From assembly GCF_038025025.1 (NCBI RefSeq), contig NW_027117339.1, positions 1,178,001 to 1,242,000 of the forward strand: a DNA stretch of 64,000 nt. The letters run 5' to 3'. The position numbers and the translations under genes are program-made. Source of the DNA: Phyllosticta citribraziliensis (lineage: Eukaryota). This document shows, piece by piece, positions 38,215-51,400 of this stretch. How positions within the stretch are numbered: the stretch's first letter is position 1; each line of letters starts with the position of its first letter. The notes under the pieces are model-generated. The model did not search any database. It was not told the origin of the DNA and saw only the letters and a list, made by a program, of their open reading frames with translations.

Positions 38215-41200
38215 AGAGCGTTGTCGGTTGACTACTGATGGTGAGCTTCGTTCGTGCTTGCTTTGATGTGGTAGAGAAAAAGGACGAGATTGTTGCACGG
38301 TGGGTGTGGTGTGGAGCACAGGCCGAGTTGAGTTGAGCTGCGCTTCGCTGGAGCAGTGCTCTTACTTTCTGAATTCTGTTTCTTTTCTTCCTCTTCGCTC
38401 TTCTCTTGCTCGACTCTTTTTTATGCATGGCGTATGGCTTTCTCGTCCTGATCACCTTCATCACCACCATCATCGTTACCTCTCTTCTTTTCTCCTTAGT
38501 ACCATGGTCGTCGTCATTTTCATCATCAGCAGCAGCAGCGGCATCATCATCATCATCGCCATGGATTTCTGGTCGCTTCTCAGTTCATTGCATCAAATCA
38601 TCATCGCGCGACTACAACAGTCAGTTAAGTAGCCGGTCAGGTAATCAGTCAGCCATACATACTTAGCATTCATAAATTCATCGATCGCTCATGCATTCAT
38701 CGCTGCGTTGAATGACTGCCCCCTAGACGTAGCTATGATGGATGGGTTGAGTGACAGCTTCCAAGATCACTGATGCAGCATGTGTAATTTCCGGCGCCCG
38801 TAGTGAGGCAAATCAAGAGGGCTTCCAGAGATGCGCCGTCTCAGCAGCAGTCATGGACTCACATGAGGGGTGATGGTGGGTTACAGTCTCCAACTTGCCT
38901 ACTCCCTCCAACGAGCGAACAGGACATGACGTTGCTTGGTCTTTCCTTAATCTATTTATCTCCAGATCCTGCCCCTTGCTTTCTTTCTGACCTCGCAACA
39001 TCCACTTGGCATATGTTCGTTTCATCTCATCTGCTTTCTCTGTCGCTTATGCAAATTGTGCATTTGCTTGAGCTTTCAAGGAGACTTGGATATGGTTGCT
39101 GGTCGGTGTACATCAAGCGAGCGCGTTATCAAACCCTTGTGCAACCAGGCTAGCTGGGAAGCTGTATTGATGATTGCTATGACGCAACCGCGCAAGTCGA
39201 GCAGTGCGTTTAGATCATGTGTGAAATGAGCGAGGGTGGCACCATCAACGCAAACAGTCAATCTCGCAGAGACAGCAAAGGAGCGGCATGACCGCATCGC
39301 TCAGAAGGGGGATGACAGGGGCCGAGGTGAAGCGCAAACGTGTCAACTACTCCAAGAAGAGCGCAAAGATGAGTCCGAAGCGTTGCATGCTGAGTGTTGG
39401 TATCGCCCGACAAGAGGAGTCCAAGAAAAGAACCGTCGCGCTCGGACGTCGTGCCTATTCCGCTGGTCCTTTCGTATCAGACAGGTACTGTCCAACGGCC
39501 CAGTTGCCAAATACAGGCAGGCAACAGCAAAGTACAGAAAACGGGGACCCGAAAGCGAGGCTGATTGGATGAAGGCAGACGACAAAACTTGTTTTTCTGA
39601 CAGCAGTCATCTCTGACTTTGTGACGTACGTGGAATATTGGGCAGGATAGTACGTGCAACAGTATTGCAATCAGCCCTGCGTTCATTGTCAACGGAAATG
39701 CGTTCCAGGTACCTGGCCGGCATGCCTGCCAGCCACGCCCGGCGCCACCCGGATTCAGATAGAATGACACCTGGCCGTTGAAGTCGTTGCGATTTGCGAG
39801 GCGCAGCTGTGTTGGTTGCTGTACGACACGCTGCCAAGTCGGAGGGTGCTGACGGCCACTGAGGTCAGCACGAGGCTGCGTTTCGGGTACATATTGTGAT
39901 TCAGGGACCGTGTTGGGCCGACACGCCGACGAGTGAGACGGTATCACTTCAAGACGTGGCGTTGAGCATCAACGGTTAGAACCTTGATATTGCGCCAGGG
40001 GGGTGGCTGGCCGATTGGTCTGGAGACTGCGCGTGAGCATAGTCAGAAAGCTGCTGGCGTCGTCATTGTGAGAGGGGACTTGGTGTGTTGTTATGCGATT
40101 CGAGAGGCTGGGCTCGGCTTAAAGGTGCTGATCGGTAGGGTGGCTAAAGACTGCCGCTCAGTCGAGAAGGCGACAGCGGTGAGGCGGCAACAATCTTTTC
40201 CATGGCAAAAGAGGTGTATGCTGCAGCCGTGGCCATTATGCAACGGGTCAAATCGGAGGGAGGCGTCGGAGGCGAGAAGCAGCAAACAACAGGGCAGCGT
40301 TGCATATGGCTGGCAAACAAAGAGCCCAGCCAAGCCAGCCATACGGTGCGACCGACGAAGACGAGTCACATGGAAATGGGACGAGTAAGGAATCAAGCCA
40401 TGGAGCCTGTTTGGGCGGGTGAATCTTCTCGAAAGGCCCACGGCTGGCGGCATATGCACGTGGGGGGCCATGTCGAAATTTCCAGCGGCCGCGAGACGGC
40501 AGAAAAAAAAATTGCCATGGTCGAGACGATGGGAAACTGGGTCTGCGGTGCAACCCACGCAGGAACAAGTGCCGCTGACAGCGCAGCTTGGCGTCGCAGT
40601 CGGACGTGGAGTTCTGGTTTGGGCACTGGGCGCATCCTGGTGCCGGGGAGCATTCCAGGCGCAGACGCGACGTCATGGCAGCGTAGTGATCGGGAACGAT
40701 CGAGGGTTGAAGGGACCGCAGCTCTGCCACGGCCGACGGGGCTGGGAGTGGAACTGCGACAAGCTGGAGCTGGAGCTGGAGTTGGAACTGGAGCTTGGGG
40801 CCGAAGACGAGTGGCACTCGGAGAGGCAGAGAGACGTGGGAGGGTGGTGTTCTTCGGCGTAGGACAGGGATGTCAGCTCTGGGGAGAAAAAAACAAACCG
40901 AGCACAACAAGACATGGAAGGGACCACAACCAAGGCGCAGACTTCCTTGTGCTGTTTCTCTCCTCTGTACGCTCAGGTCCGCTTCTCTTCCAGTTCGGCG
41001 GCCCGCGCACGGCCCGCTCATGCCGGTGACGAAACCGCCTGCCATCCTGGTCAACTGCCCAAATTCCTCCTCCACACCCTTCCATCCACCTCACAACCTC
41101 CTCTCTACTACTCCTCCACCTCGACCCTCCGACCCCTACCACCCTTTCTGCCTGTCAAGAACCCTTCCATCCCTTGATCTGCCACCTCGGCACCCTTCCT

Positions 41201-41318
41201 CTCCACCCTCGACACCTTCTCGCCCTCATCACTTAACCGTGATATCACCTCACTTTGTCGGTCAAAACATACCAGAAACATCCTTGGTGGTCCTCGTCGA
41301 CCACACTTACCATCGACC

Positions 41319-44300
41319 ATGTCTCACATCCACGTTTCTCTGTAAGCTGCCCCCGCATATGGAGCATTCGCGCGCGCGTCGACGTCCCGGCACCTACGTG
41401 TGGAGCATTCGCGCGTTGAGCGTCTGCCCGCCTGGGAGCATTCGCGCGGTGATGCAGCTTCACCCGCGTCAGGCTTGGGAGCATTCACGCGTTGACGACT
41501 CTTCATCTAAATTTGGAGCATTCGCGCGTCAAGCTCATCGTCACCTGCGCAGGGAGCATTCGCGCGTGTTGACGCACCTCACCTTTCAATTGCTAATCAA
41601 ATGCTTCCTAGCTTCCTCCCCATTACAATCGACTTCCATGCCCAGTCATCCCCAGCTAGTAGGCGACCAAGCCCACCTCCACGTGCCCCATCTCTGCTAG
41701 ATGCAAACAAGGACGCCAATGAGCAAAAGGCCAGCTTGTTCTCTCAGCCTACCCCGCCGCAGACTCCCTCTGCCAATGCTCGCCACGAGGAATTCTTCAC
41801 CCAGGTTCAGCCTTCCGTGCAGACGCACTTTCCCAAGCCGCACGACCCCAAGGCCCTGGTCCGCAGTGATGCCCACGTTCCAGAATGGGGCACAGGCCTC
41901 GCCTTCTTCAACCAGCCTCCCCGCTCGCGTCCCGCCAACCTGCCCCCGGATGACATCCTTAGGTACACAAAGACTTCTGATGGCCAGGATGCGACCTTTC
42001 CCAAGCCGAGGTACTCGCGCAAGGAGCCTGGCAGGGCCAGCTTCTCAAGCAGGCCCAGCCGCAGTGGATCCAGGCAGAGGTGGGATGCCGAGTGGACCGT
42101 CGAGCCTGCTGTTCAGGGCAACGGCGGCCTAGCAAATGCTGTCCGCGCCGCCATCAACGCTGGCACCATCAAAAACGTCCTCTGGGTCGGTACAGTTGGT
42201 TTCCCGACGGACGCTCTCGATGAGAGCAAGAAGCAAGAGATTCAGGACAAGCTAGAGTCCGAGCACGATGCACTTCCCGTCTGGGTCAAGGACGGTGACT
42301 TTGACGGCCACTACGCTCACTACTGCAAGACCATTCTCTGGCCCGTCTTCCACTATCAGATTCCTGATCACCCGAAGAGCAAGGCGTACGAGGACCACTC
42401 TTGGATCTACTACGAGCATCTGAACCAGGCCTTTGCCGACAAGATCATCAAGTCGTACAAGCGTGGCGATGTCATCTGGATCCATGATTACCACCTGCTC
42501 CTTGTTCCAGGCATGGTTCGCAAGAAGCTCCCAGACGCTCAGATCGGCTTCTTCATGCACACGGCCTTCCCGTCTTCAGAAGTTTTCCGTTGCTTGGCCT
42601 CTCGCAAGCAGCTTCTCGAGGGAATGCTTGGTGCCAACCTCGTCGCCTTCCAGTCTCGCGAGTACGCCCACCACTTCTTGCAGACTTGCAGCCGCATCTT
42701 GATCGTCGAGGCCACCAACGAAGGCATCCAGCTCGAGAACCGCTTCGTCAATGTGGCGTGGCTTCCCATCGGTATTGATCCTAAGGCTCTTCAGGAAGCC
42801 CGCGAAGAGCCCATGGTGGCGGAGTGGATCAAGGTCATGCTTGAGCGCTACAAGGGCAAACAGCTCATCGTTGCTCGCGACAAGCTGGACAGCGTGCGTG
42901 GTGTCAGGCAAAAGCTGCTCGCGTACGAGCTCTTCCTCAATAAATACCCCGAACACAAGGATAAGGTCAGTCTCTGCTTCAGCACCAATACTTCACCATC
43001 ATGTATACTAACACTTGCAAAAGGTTGTCATGATCCAAGTCGCGACCTCGACCACCGACAATCCTGAGCTGGCGAGCACAGTCTCGGATATTGTCACCCG
43101 CATCGACTCGATGCACTCCACGCTGGCTCACCAGCCTCTCGTCTTCCTTCGCCAGGACATTTCCTTCTCTCAGTACCTGGCATTGCTGTCTGTTGCGGAC
43201 ACGCTCATGATCACGAGTCTCCGTGAGGGCATGAACCTCACCGCGCATGAATATATCATGTGCCAAGATGGCATGGGCAGTGACAAGAAGCACGGCCCGC
43301 TGATTCTTAGCGAGTTCACGGGCAGCTCCTCGATCTTCAATGGCTTCGAACTGGCCGTCAACCCATGGGACTACCAGAAGTGCGCCGACGCCATCAAGGC
43401 GGCTTTGGTCATGGCACCTGAGGAGAAGGAGCGTCGCTTCACGAAGCTTCGCAACGTCGTCTCTCATCACACGGGCGATTATTGGATCAACACTCTGAAC
43501 AACGTCCTCGCCAAGGTCCACTCTGAGCACTTCATGAGGGACACCATGTCGATTCCCCGCCTTTCCCTCTCGCAGGTCAGCGAGAAGTACAAGAATGCCA
43601 ACAGACGCATCTTCATTCTCGACTACGAAGGCACGCTCGCGTCCTACGGCTCCCCCACCAGCATCATCTTGACCAGCCCCCAGCGTGTCATTGACACGCT
43701 CAACGAAGTCCTTATGGACAAGAACAATATCGTCTATGTGATGAGTGGTCGTACTCCCGAGGAGCTCGAGCGTTTGTTCTCCCGCGTCCCAGGACTCGGT
43801 ATCATCGCGGAAAATGGCTGCTTTGTTCGCGAATGCGGCCGTGACGAGTGGACCGCGTTCGCGGAGATGGACAAGGTCGACGAGTGGAAGGACAGCGTCA
43901 AGGGTATCCTCACCTACTACCTGGAGCGCATCGAGGGTAGCTGGCTCGAGGAGCGTCACTGCTCCATCATCTTCCATTACGACAGGGCCGACGATATCGA
44001 GATGGCGACTTCGCATGCTGGCGAATGCGCTACGCACATCAACGATGTTTGCGAGACCCAGCACATCCACGCGGTCCCCATCGACAAGAGCATCTTGATC
44101 GAGCCCCTCGACTGGTCCAAGGGCAGTGCTGCCACCCACATCTTCAACAAGCTTCGCAAGAGGAACGTTGACAACAATGGCGCCCCTCCGGCCGACTTCC
44201 TCTTTGTCGCTGGCGATGATCGCGAGGACGAGGTCATCTTCCGCTGGGCCAACAAGCTCGGCTCGACCGGCGACATTCGCGACGTCACGACCGTCAGTGT

Positions 44301-44394
44301 TGGAACCAGGAACACTGAGGCGACGGCGACCTGCACGCAGGGCACCACTGGCCTGCTGTCGATCCTCCAAAAGCTCGCCAAGATTTCCGGCTAG
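41319..44394 (+). CDS. TPS3: Trehalose-6-phosphate synthase/phosphatase complex regulatory subunit (Tps3/Tsl1, TslA-like; GT20 plus HAD domains); exons 41319-41341, 41612-42965, 43024-44394
   Basis: GT20 motifs LWPVFHY, WIHDYHLLLVP, GFFMHTAFPSSE, REGMNL and LSEFTG, plus the HAD-like motif FILDYEGTL. The spliced N-terminus reads MSHIHVSLFLPITIDF. Introns at 41342-41611 and 42966-43023. Confidence 0.92.
41361..41566 (+). repeat. Six-copy interspaced repeat array GGAGCATTCRCGCG within intron 1 of the Tps3-like gene
   Basis: Copies start at 41361, 41402, 41435, 41478, 41515 and 41553. Five are identical 14-mers and one has a G>A change. Spacers are 19-29 nt and non-identical. Confidence 0.95.
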
Positions 44395-45432
44395 AAATCT
44401 GGCACTACTTCACTCATCGGCTCAAATTGCCCATTTCCTTTGCTTTCGACCTTGCGAGTACCCCATTTGCGTTTCCTTCGTCCTCTGGCGATTTCAGCGC
44501 ATAGACAGACCTGTAGAGTAGCTTCCCCAGCAACGGGCACTCGGCATCATGGCCCCACAGCACACAACACACAGGGAGCGTATCGGCTGCATTTGCACTT
44601 TTCTCTTCGGGGCCTGGCTGCTGGCCACCGACTTGCTTCTCACAATTGCCTCTCACGACGGTGATTGGGCGTGGTCTTTTTTTGCTTTTTTCCTTTATCA
44701 TCTCCTCTCCACTTTGCCTTCCACACCCATGGGATGGATCAGGTCATGACGAGCAGGGACAGGCGCATGGTGGGACCCCAACGGTCATGTAGATTATGAC
44801 GATACGGCGAATGGACAGGACAAAATGGCATGATTTTGATGAAAACAATGAACCGAACGGTGAAATCAAACATGAAGCAAGGACAACGGCCTGCAGGTGC
44901 CAGACAGGCAGCTTGCAGGTACAGTGAGTGAGAGGGTTGGCATGCGGCCCGAGCGGGGTGTCGGGTTACACCCGCGACCCGCGTGGTCTGTGAGAGCGCG
45001 TCGGCGTTGGCGTTGGCGCGTACAAGTTTCCAGGACAGCTGCTGCAGCTTCGCCGTAACAACTGACAGCTCAAGTCGCCGCCCTCGGCCTCTTCATTTCG
45101 CGACCTCTGCCCCCGATCGAGCCTTGTCTCACAAAACCTGCCATCGCGCGTCCCAGCGTGCCAGAGTTTTTTTTTTTTTTCCCTCTGTTCAATTCCTCTC
45201 GTCGCGCCTTGCCACCCTCTCAACTCGCTCCCGCGCCACCAGCCTCGCTAGTCGTTTGAGCTTCATCTCGTTTTGGAACCAAGCTTCAACCTTGTAAAGC
45301 TTGCTGCCCTCTGCCATCCGACTCCTCCATACCGTAACTTCCTCCGTTGCTCAACATCGCCGACACGCGTCGCCCACGCGACTACCTTCTCAGTCTCCGC
45401 CGGGCTGGACTACTCACCTCTCTCGCGTCGCC

Positions 45433-48400
45433 ATGGCAGGCACTGGCCGTCCCGGCAGACCGAAAGGCTCGAAGAACAAGCCCCGCGTGACTTCGACATC
45501 AGCACCCAATGCCGACAATCCGTCGGCTTCTAGCTCACTCGACACTGGTCGCCCAGCTTCATCGACCCAGCCGTCAAACACTCCCCCTGTTCGCGCTCAG
45601 TCATCACTTCCTCCTTCCGTCATGGCTTCTTTGGAAAGACCGAGTGTCACCAATTATGCTCGCAACCACCCCATCTTCTCTGGCTCTGAAAAGATCTCGG
45701 AGAAGAAGTACATCAAAGAAGTCAAGGCCTTTGCCAGTGCCAAAAACATCAACGAAGATTTTGTCAACTCGTGCGTTGCTGAGGCCAAACGGTTGCTCGA
45801 GGAGCGAAATACAGACGGTGCTGCTTCTGCCAAGGACATGGGGGGCACAGCTGCGCGGCCAGACGACGACCATGGTCCTGAAAAGAAGCGCAAGAAGCAC
45901 AAGACGAATGACAGCAGTGAACAGGTTGAGGCTACCTCTATTATCAAACAAGAGGAGCCCGAGGAGCCTGTGAAAGAGAAGAAAAAGAAGCACAAGAAGA
46001 AGGATGAGCCGTCTGTACCCGTTTCAACTCAAGACATCGCTGTCAAGCAAGAACCTGAGGATCCCGCTGCCGAGCACGACAAGCCGAAAAAGAACAAGAA
46101 AAAGCACAAATCTTCCGAAAGTGCTGCCCTGGCTCTGGAAGAATCTGCTGCCCAGGCCGAAGACGCAGATAGCAAAAAGCCCAAAAAACACAAGAAGGGC
46201 AAGACACCCGATGGCACAGGCGAGTCTGCGTCTGCTGCGAATCCGGTGTTCATCAAATCCGAAGAGCCTTCCACCGAAAGCAAATCGTCCAAGAAGAAAC
46301 ACAAGTCCCGTCCGGAAGCCAAGTCAGCTGATGCACCCGAGCGCCGACCAACCGAGACACCCATCCCCCTGCCGACTTCGCGGAAGAGTGAAAAGCAGAA
46401 GGATCCTGAAGAGCAGGTATCGAAATCCAAGCCCAGCAAAAAGAGAAAACGCGACCAGTCCGACAACGGGGGCTCTAGGCCTGATCCCGATGAAGCAGAA
46501 GCCTCCGACGTGGGACATGTCTCAAAGAAGAAGAAAAAGCATGGGAAAAGTGGCCAAGAGTCAGACTCAAGGACTACAGAAGGCAATAAGGAAAAGAAGG
46601 ACAAGAAGAAGAAGCACAAAGCTCACCAAGCTTCTCGATCTCCTTCACCTCCTCCGCGTAAGAAGACCAAGCGCGTGCAGCACGATGGCGAGACCACACA
46701 TGTCGCGTCGGAGGCTCCACGATCCAGTCACAAGAGTCATGAACACGCTGACAAGGGCAAGGAGAAAAAGGTCAAAAAGACGAAAGAGCCGGACACGTCT
46801 GAAGTCTCTCGGCCTGGTGCGTCGAAGTCTGCCGCGTCAAATAGAGACATGGCCTCAGAGGGTTCAGGAGACGAACGGCCCATCCAGACTGAAGACAACT
46901 CCCGGACTTCCAAGAAGAAAGCCAAAAAGGAGAGGAGAAAGTCAAAGCTGTCCAAGTCTCTCGAAACGCAACCCGCGCAGCCAAGTGACGCCATGGACGT
47001 CGAATCGCCATCAAAGAAGCTAGGGGCAGACCATGAAGCAAAAAGCGAGAAGCATTCGATGAAGGCCCGGAGAAAATCTATTGCTGCACAAGAAGCACTC
47101 GCAGCGCTTCCATTCGCTGGCGCTCAAGACTCACCTGCAAAGCCATCCAAGTCTGGACCCCGGCAACACGACTCCAAATCAGCAAAGTCTCTACCGCCGC
47201 CTGCTCCTTCCAAACGCAAGCGCTCTCCATCCCCTCCATCTGATCATGAAATCCGACCTCGCGACGCAAGAAAGTCGTCTCTGGCGTCTACAACTTCGGT
47301 CTTTTCTTTGCCCACATTGACTCGTTTCGCCAACGACTCGCTCGTGTTCCCTGAGCCACCCGAGGGCTTGAGCAACAATGCAAAGAAGCGCTGGAGGAAG
47401 AAGTTGCGCAAGTCCATGCAGAGGCTGCCGAAGGAGGCTCGCCCTGTAACCGGTTCCGAAGTTGACGCTTCTGCTCCCCAGAAAACCCATGCTGGGGCGA
47501 AGGCTGCCAGGTCTGATGACGAGAGCGACAGCGGAAAGAAGCCGGATAGGAAGAAGGCGAAAGTGGAACACGATTCCGATGACCGGCAGCATGAAAACGA
47601 TGCGGCATCAAAGGTGCCCGCCGTCTTGAAGAAGCAGCAAGCCTCAACGTCCCAGGACGCCACAGTTCATCGACCGGCTCCCCAAAGACCTCAGGTTACT
47701 GCGACCGGAAGCTTTGCGCACGAAGAGCCTTTGTCACCTGTTTCTTCACCGGAGAGGCCTGCTTCGGCACATGAACAAATGCAAGACTCGACCTCTGGGG
47801 AGGTCACTGCCGCTGAACCGATTACCCGGAAGCCTCCTGTCAACTCGGCTGGACGTCTTGCTCACGACGGGCCTTTACCGGCAGTCCCTTCGTCAGAGAA
47901 GCCTGTTACAGCCCGCGAGACTCCTGCGCCCCCTGCAGCCTCAGAATCTCCTCTCAAGTCTGACGCACAAGGATGGGATGCTTTTCCTGCCCAGTATCTA
48001 TCCGACTCGGACCAGGAAGCACGGGACGATTCTGATGTCGAGCCTGACACACCGATCAAAGCTGCGGAGCCTCTTCAACCTCAGCAGACAGGAAACGAGG
48101 ATGCAAACACCGAGTCGTCCAAGGATTCCGAGTCTGAGTCCGAATCAGAGAGTGACTCCGAGTCTGAAGCGGAAGGGCCTTTCAAGCCCAAGCCGCTGCC
48201 TCTACATCTTCCCAAGACTCCATCCCAAATTTCCACACCCTCAAAACGCCCCCTTCCTGAGCCCCCCAGTCTTCAAGCGCAGCCTCTTTTCACGCTGTCC
48301 CAGCTCAAAGCATCAACGCCCTCACTCGCAGCAAACACACGTGCCGCAGTACCACCCAAGCCGAAGACTCCGCCAAAGGCGAATAGAAACGTCGACATAC

Positions 48401-51400
48401 TTGGTATTCCGCATGGAACCGACGATAGTGACGAGGAGAGTTCTGGAAGCTCCAGCTCCAGCTCAAGCGATGACGATGACGGTGATCTAAAGACGAATGT
48501 CAAAGCAAATACCACCAAGCCTACATCTTTGCACTTTCCAAGCTCTCGGCCAGGCAGGTCTTTTGCGAAGCCCAAGACGCCTCTTCAAGGAAATTCGATG
48601 CCAGCCATTCGCAAACCTAGTGCAGCTCCGGAGATGTCGACTGCGCAGGTGCAACAACCTCTGGCAGACAGCGATGCAGGTTCTGGAGATGGGGACTCAT
48701 CGGATTCCGCCTCAAGTGACGACGACAATAACGATGACCAGGAGGTCGCGGTGAATGGCAAGAAAACAACGCCTCCGCAAGCCCAACGTTCGCAGGAAAC
48801 CAAGCTCAACCGCCCTGAGAAATCACCTTCAAAGTGGGATGAATCAAGAAACGACAACTCGGGCATCGGCCTTCAACCTCAAGAGAGCGACGATGAAACT
48901 TCCTCCGAGAGTGAAAGTGACGGCGAGGAGAATGGCACGCGGGCATTAACCAACCGGAATTCCGTGTCTCATCAGAGTCAAAGCTCTCAGAGTATCAAGC
49001 TTGAGTCGCCTCAGAGCTCATCGCCGGCACCGAGAAGTCCACAGAGAGTTTCTACCATGCCATATTCCCAGCCGGACGAGCCTACGAAGGACAAAGCGCA
49101 AGTCGAGAAACACTCTCATCAATCCGAGAGTGAAGATGAAGGCGACGAGCATGTAAAAATCAATGAGCAAGCCGAGAGGGGTGGTCAAGACAACCCAAGG
49201 TCATCCAGTAGCTCTGACGCTGAAGATTCTGCGCCGTTTGAGAGTGCGCTCCAGACACCTGCCCAACATCCCTCCCCAGCGCCCCGTCAACAACAGCTCA
49301 ATGATTCAGCAAGTGACGACTCAAGATCGCCACCGGCAAACGACATCATCAATGGCATTGCTCTGTCCAGTTCTAAGAAAGCCAGCTCTGTCGACCATGA
49401 CGGGCTTCAAAGAGAACAATTCCCTGCGGATTCAGAAGCAAATGAGCCCCGAGTCAACCACGCCCCAGCTATCGACGAGGGTATGGAAGCTGAGACCCTG
49501 CCGGATGCTGATGGAGAAAGCTTAAAGTCTGCCGAAAAGTCAAACCACAACCACGGTTCATTGGGCAACTTTGGCGAACCGGACAGTCCGTCAGTCGACA
49601 GCTCTACGAACTCACCCTTTGCCCCCATCAAGCAAAGTCATTCGTCTCCGGCAGCCGCTTCCACCGAGAACGACGAGCCCAACATGGGTCAGGTCAACAG
49701 TAACGCCGAATTCGAAGATACCTCCATTCCGTCGGGGCCTCCTCCTGTTGAGAGCGAAGGTGCCGCGGTTTCAACCTCGCCTTCGCGCCCTCTCCGCGGT
49801 CGATCTAGACGGCTTCTTGCTAAGCAACAAGCTGATGCACTTGCTAAGCAACAAGCGGATGCTCTTGCTGAGAGCAAACGGTTTGTGAGTCCAGAGTCGC
49901 CTTCGAGCCCTCTCCGCAATGAAGCTGGACAGTTCTTTACGAATCAAGAGAATAGTCCTGCTGGCAGTCACGGGGTCGTGAATCCAAAGTCCCCTCCGAG
50001 CCTCCACAATGAATCTGGACAGTTCCGTGCGAGGCAGCGATCGGCTTCGTCTGCTGAGGGTGAAGGGCTGGTGGAGTCAAAACCGCCTCCACGTCCTCTG
50101 CGCAATGAAGCTGGGAGGTTCTGTAAAAGGGACGGATCGACCGAGCAAAATCGAAAGCCAAGGACAAAGACACCACGCCGGAAGAGCGCTGCTCAGTCTA
50201 TGCTTCGAGAGCTCGGTATCGACCCTGAGACGATCAAGGCAGAGGAGCTGGATGAGCGTTCTCCAATCATGACTCGGGGGCCTCAGAGGAGCCCGGCTGA
50301 AGAATCAAGGGTGTCTCCAATTTCGACCAGACAGTCCCGTCTTCGCGCAACACCCCGCGTTTCGTACCAAGATGGCTACGATTCGAGCGAGTCGGTCACA
50401 AAGACAACAGCGCGAAGACTGTCATTCACGTCTAACAAGACAAGATCCCACAGTCGAAGACCGTCATCATCTCAAAGGAGCCGTCCTTCTCTCACCCCCA
50501 AACCCGACGGCAACTTGCCACCGAAAGTCAAGACTCCTTTCAAAACAAGGAGCGAGTTTGTGGGGGTCTTCATTCCCATCCGTCGCCCAAGCAAATCAGT
50601 CACCTCACTCGATCCTCGCGATGGGAAGTCTGCAAAACAGCAGGATGAGGACGTGGTGGCCAGCACTGCTGACGCCGATCAGGCAAATAACGAAGACCTT
50701 GCGCGCGAGCCAGCGACTCCGCCGTCGCCCTCCGAAGGTGCTCGAGACGAACATTCAGCTGCTGATGACAAGAGTGCGCACGAAGAAGTGGCTCCGCAGG
50801 ACCATGACACAGCGGAGGATGAGCAGGATCGCGACAAAGGGTACGAAAGCTCGCCCTCTGTCTACCAGTCCCCAGAAAGGCCAGTCTTTACGGCTTCTCT
50901 ACCGGCTCGTTCTGCTCCCAAAGTAGTATCTGCGGACAACGAGTCTACTTCGGAACATGAGGGTTCGGATCATGATGGAGATGTCGACGACTCTGAATCC
51001 GAAGCCACCCATCCTGATTCTATCCAATCCGATTTTTCCCGACAAGGATCGCCTGTGCATGAGAAGCAAGACTCGGGTATCGACGAGAATGAAAAAGACC
51101 TTTTTTCTTCGCCTGAAGCCGAAATCGAAAGTCACGCCCAAGATCAAGACGAACATCAGGAGGTTTTTCAAGAAAATGGCCAGGATGAAAGCCAGGAGAG
51201 CTCAGACGAAGACAAAGTATCTGAGGCGCCAAGTCGAGGGTCCGACTACTCTTTTGACGATGAGCCGAATGGATTTGTAAACGAAGACGGTACAATCTCT
51301 GGCCAAGCCACGCCCCGCCGCAGTACTGGTCGTTTTTCAACCCATTTTTCGCCGGTTAAACCAGCCCGTCCCGCTCCTGGCACTGCGCGGCTCAAGTTTC

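Noticed and set aside
39477..39947. ORF containing VPESQYVPETQ (SQ/TQ-like)
   Set aside because: No clear ATG or exon structure and no other support.
41361..41566. Bona fide CRISPR array
   Set aside because: The locus is eukaryotic and intronic, the repeat is only 14 nt, spacers share residual similarity and no cas genes are present. It is kept as a regulatory-array finding instead.
42979..44370. 463-aa antisense ORF, and similar long antisense ORFs at 57425-58447, 51337-52377 and 62013-63038
   Set aside because: These are shadows of GC3-biased codon usage on the opposite strand of real genes.
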